A DNA stretch of 64,000 bases from Marsupella aquatica. Taxonomy: Eukaryota; Plantae; Marchantiophyta. The DNA is taken from positions 3,696,738 through 3,760,737 of the forward strand of contig OZ316896.1 in NCBI GenBank assembly GCA_973895155.1, written 5' to 3'. Shown here piece after piece: positions 62,201 to 64,000 of this stretch. The notes under the pieces were generated by a model. The model ran no database searches. It was not told where the DNA came from and was given only the letters and a program-made list of their open reading frames with translations. How positions within the stretch are numbered: the first letter of the stretch is position 1; each line of letters starts with the position of its first letter. The position numbers were made by a program, and so were the translations under genes.

Positions 62201-63959
62201 CCGAATCTCCATCCCCATTTCCCAAATACTCGCTTCGTCCCCCTCGTTGGAAGTATGCTGCCTCCTCTTCAATTTCATGTAAGCGCTCTCCTTTAACGTG
62301 TGCACCCAATTTCCAGCCGTGCATTTTGTCCCCACTTCCACCATATCCAGGCTGCTGTGGGGAAGGGCCTGAGCTGTGCAGCTGATACGGAGAGGTATGG
62401 GGATTGCACTTGTCTGGTAATCCTGGGGTTGCTGCTGCCCCTCCATCCCTATCCTGCAAACTACCCAATTCTTTCAAAGCTTCGCCAAATTGCTCCTGGA
62501 GTCTGAAGGTGGTCCATGCTGCTTCGTCTCTTCTCACTGACTCTGCTCCGTCTTCCACCTCCGCGTCTCTTAACCTCCCCCCTCCACCTCCCCTCTCTGC
62601 TGTGTATGTATCTTGCGAATCAAGGGGCCCCAAGCCGGATTCTGGCGATTGTTCTTTTCTGTCTCTCTTCTCTGCTTTTGAAGCATGATGAGATGGATAC
62701 CGCCCGGGGGATGTTCTGCGAGGACAAGAACCTCCCTTTGACATGGTTTTGGTATTTACGTTCCTGGTTTCGTCGTCGTCCTCCCTTCTGGGACTGGACA
62801 TTTGAAGTGGATCAGGGCACATTAGTCTGTCTTCACTGGACAGGGTGTTTGAGAATTCCGGCTCGTCATCTGAGCCTATTTGATGATCTCCAGGGCTTGA
62901 ACAGTTGTCATATCTCGTTGGGAGATGAATCGTTGCTTTGGAAGACGTTTTTCCAGCTCCAATTGAGGAAACCAGTCCCAGAGCTTTCAGTCGTGGCATT
63001 TCTCTGTGCGATTTTGCTCGGAATGGCGAGCTTTCCCTAGACAGAGACGCTACTTTCATTGCTGCCAATTTTTCCCTCTCCTTCGCTCGGCGAGGGCTCT
63101 CACCGCCCAAGCATTCGGAGACATTCCTCAGACGTTGGAGAATGGGAGTAGATTTGCTCCGAGGATGAGGTGATGGTTTGCTTGCAAAAGCGTAAGTGTC
63201 CTGCATTTTGGAATTGGTTACGTTGTTCTCCTGCCCTGCTGTCTTGGGGGGCGAGGAGGACTCAGCACGCTGATGTCGTTGATGATGTTGCAGTCTTCTT
63301 ATTTTGTTCTGTGAATTGGCTAAGGATGCACGAAAATCTGCTGCAATCCTCGGAGAACTTCGTCTTGGGGACCCGTTTCTTTGCTTTTTGAGTGGAGTAC
63401 TGTCCGCAGACCTAGTTCTGGCGCGTGGATTGTTCTCTATCCTTGTCGGAGTGGTGCTCCCTCCACTGTTCCTCTGCTGCTGAACTCTAGGAGGTGCACT
63501 CTCTCCAATTTTCTGTGATCTCAACGAGCTACTCTCTCGGTGCTTGAGTCCTTGTCCTTGCTGAAGTTTACCAGGAGGGGTTTGAGTACCCGTCCTCTTG
63601 TTCGGAAAGGGATTATTGCTGTCACCTGTCGTGTTGCTGTTATGGTTATTCAATCCTTTTCCATTAGTAATTCCGGGGGGTTGGCGATTGATGGTGATTT
63701 TGCTTTCCTCGATCTCGGTTATGCGCTTCTTGGCATTATGTAGATGCAAGTGGAGCTCTAGAATGGTTTTCTCTTCCTTTCTCTCGGGGTAGAGAGGGTG
63801 ACCAGGGATGGTGGACAACACGAGAGTTTCGAAAGCCCTCAAGTGCTGCAGTTCATCAGCAAGTAGGTGGGACTTCTTAGACAATGCCGCTTTTTTCAAG
63901 CATAGACGGGCATTCCGGCAGTAGAAGTTTATGGGTAGAATTGCCCCATCCATGCTCAT
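56237..63959 (-). CDS. Large (~2177 aa) protein: AMSH/USP8-dimer MIT-like N-terminus, disordered middle, extended coiled coils
   Basis: Exons 63959-59865, 59587-58890, 58573-57728, 57472-57341, 56999-56237 with GT-AG and matching phases (6534 nt total, divisible by 3); in-frame TGA two codons before the ATG; heptad-rich E/K/R/L segments. Confidence 0.85.
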
Positions 63960-64000
63960 GCTTCACCTTTTTACCCTTCTTCATGTACGGAGGCTGCTGC

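Noticed and set aside
59865-63792. Many plus-strand ORFs overlapping the giant gene
   Set aside because: Antisense shadows of a long coding exon
39918-63959. VPS16 plus MIT-like protein as an endosomal gene cluster
   Set aside because: Separated by unrelated GT47 and TE sequence; adjacency in a plant genome is not evidence of a functional system

Overview
Eukaryotic nuclear DNA from a land plant (GT-AG multi-exon genes, TTTAGGG telo-boxes); a bryophyte/liverwort origin is only an impression. Six intact genes were reconstructed by hand with phase-consistent splice sites: Peter Pan/SSF1-like Brix protein (+, 9 exons), Rubisco-LSMT-family SET methyltransferase (+, 15 exons), TruA-family tRNA pseudouridine synthase (-, 10 exons), VPS16/VCL1 (+, 15 exons), an intronless GT47/exostosin glycosyltransferase (-), and a ~2177-aa protein (-, 5 exons) with an AMSH/USP8-type MIT-like N-terminus, a long disordered region and coiled coils. 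Also present: a broken GT47 paralogue, a decayed Mutator/FAR1-like transposase remnant, an orphan RPL35 exon fragment, several MITE families (two copies with 9-bp TSDs), a 1485-bp GC-rich nested insertion with AGT...ACT ends and a 5-bp TSD, tRNA-like SINE heads, and many short tandem repeats. The SET gene has a GC-AG intron and a probable U12-type intron. I found no clearly new multi-gene system. The best leads are the giant MIT-like/coiled-coil protein, the nested element and the possible RPL35 chimeric exon.
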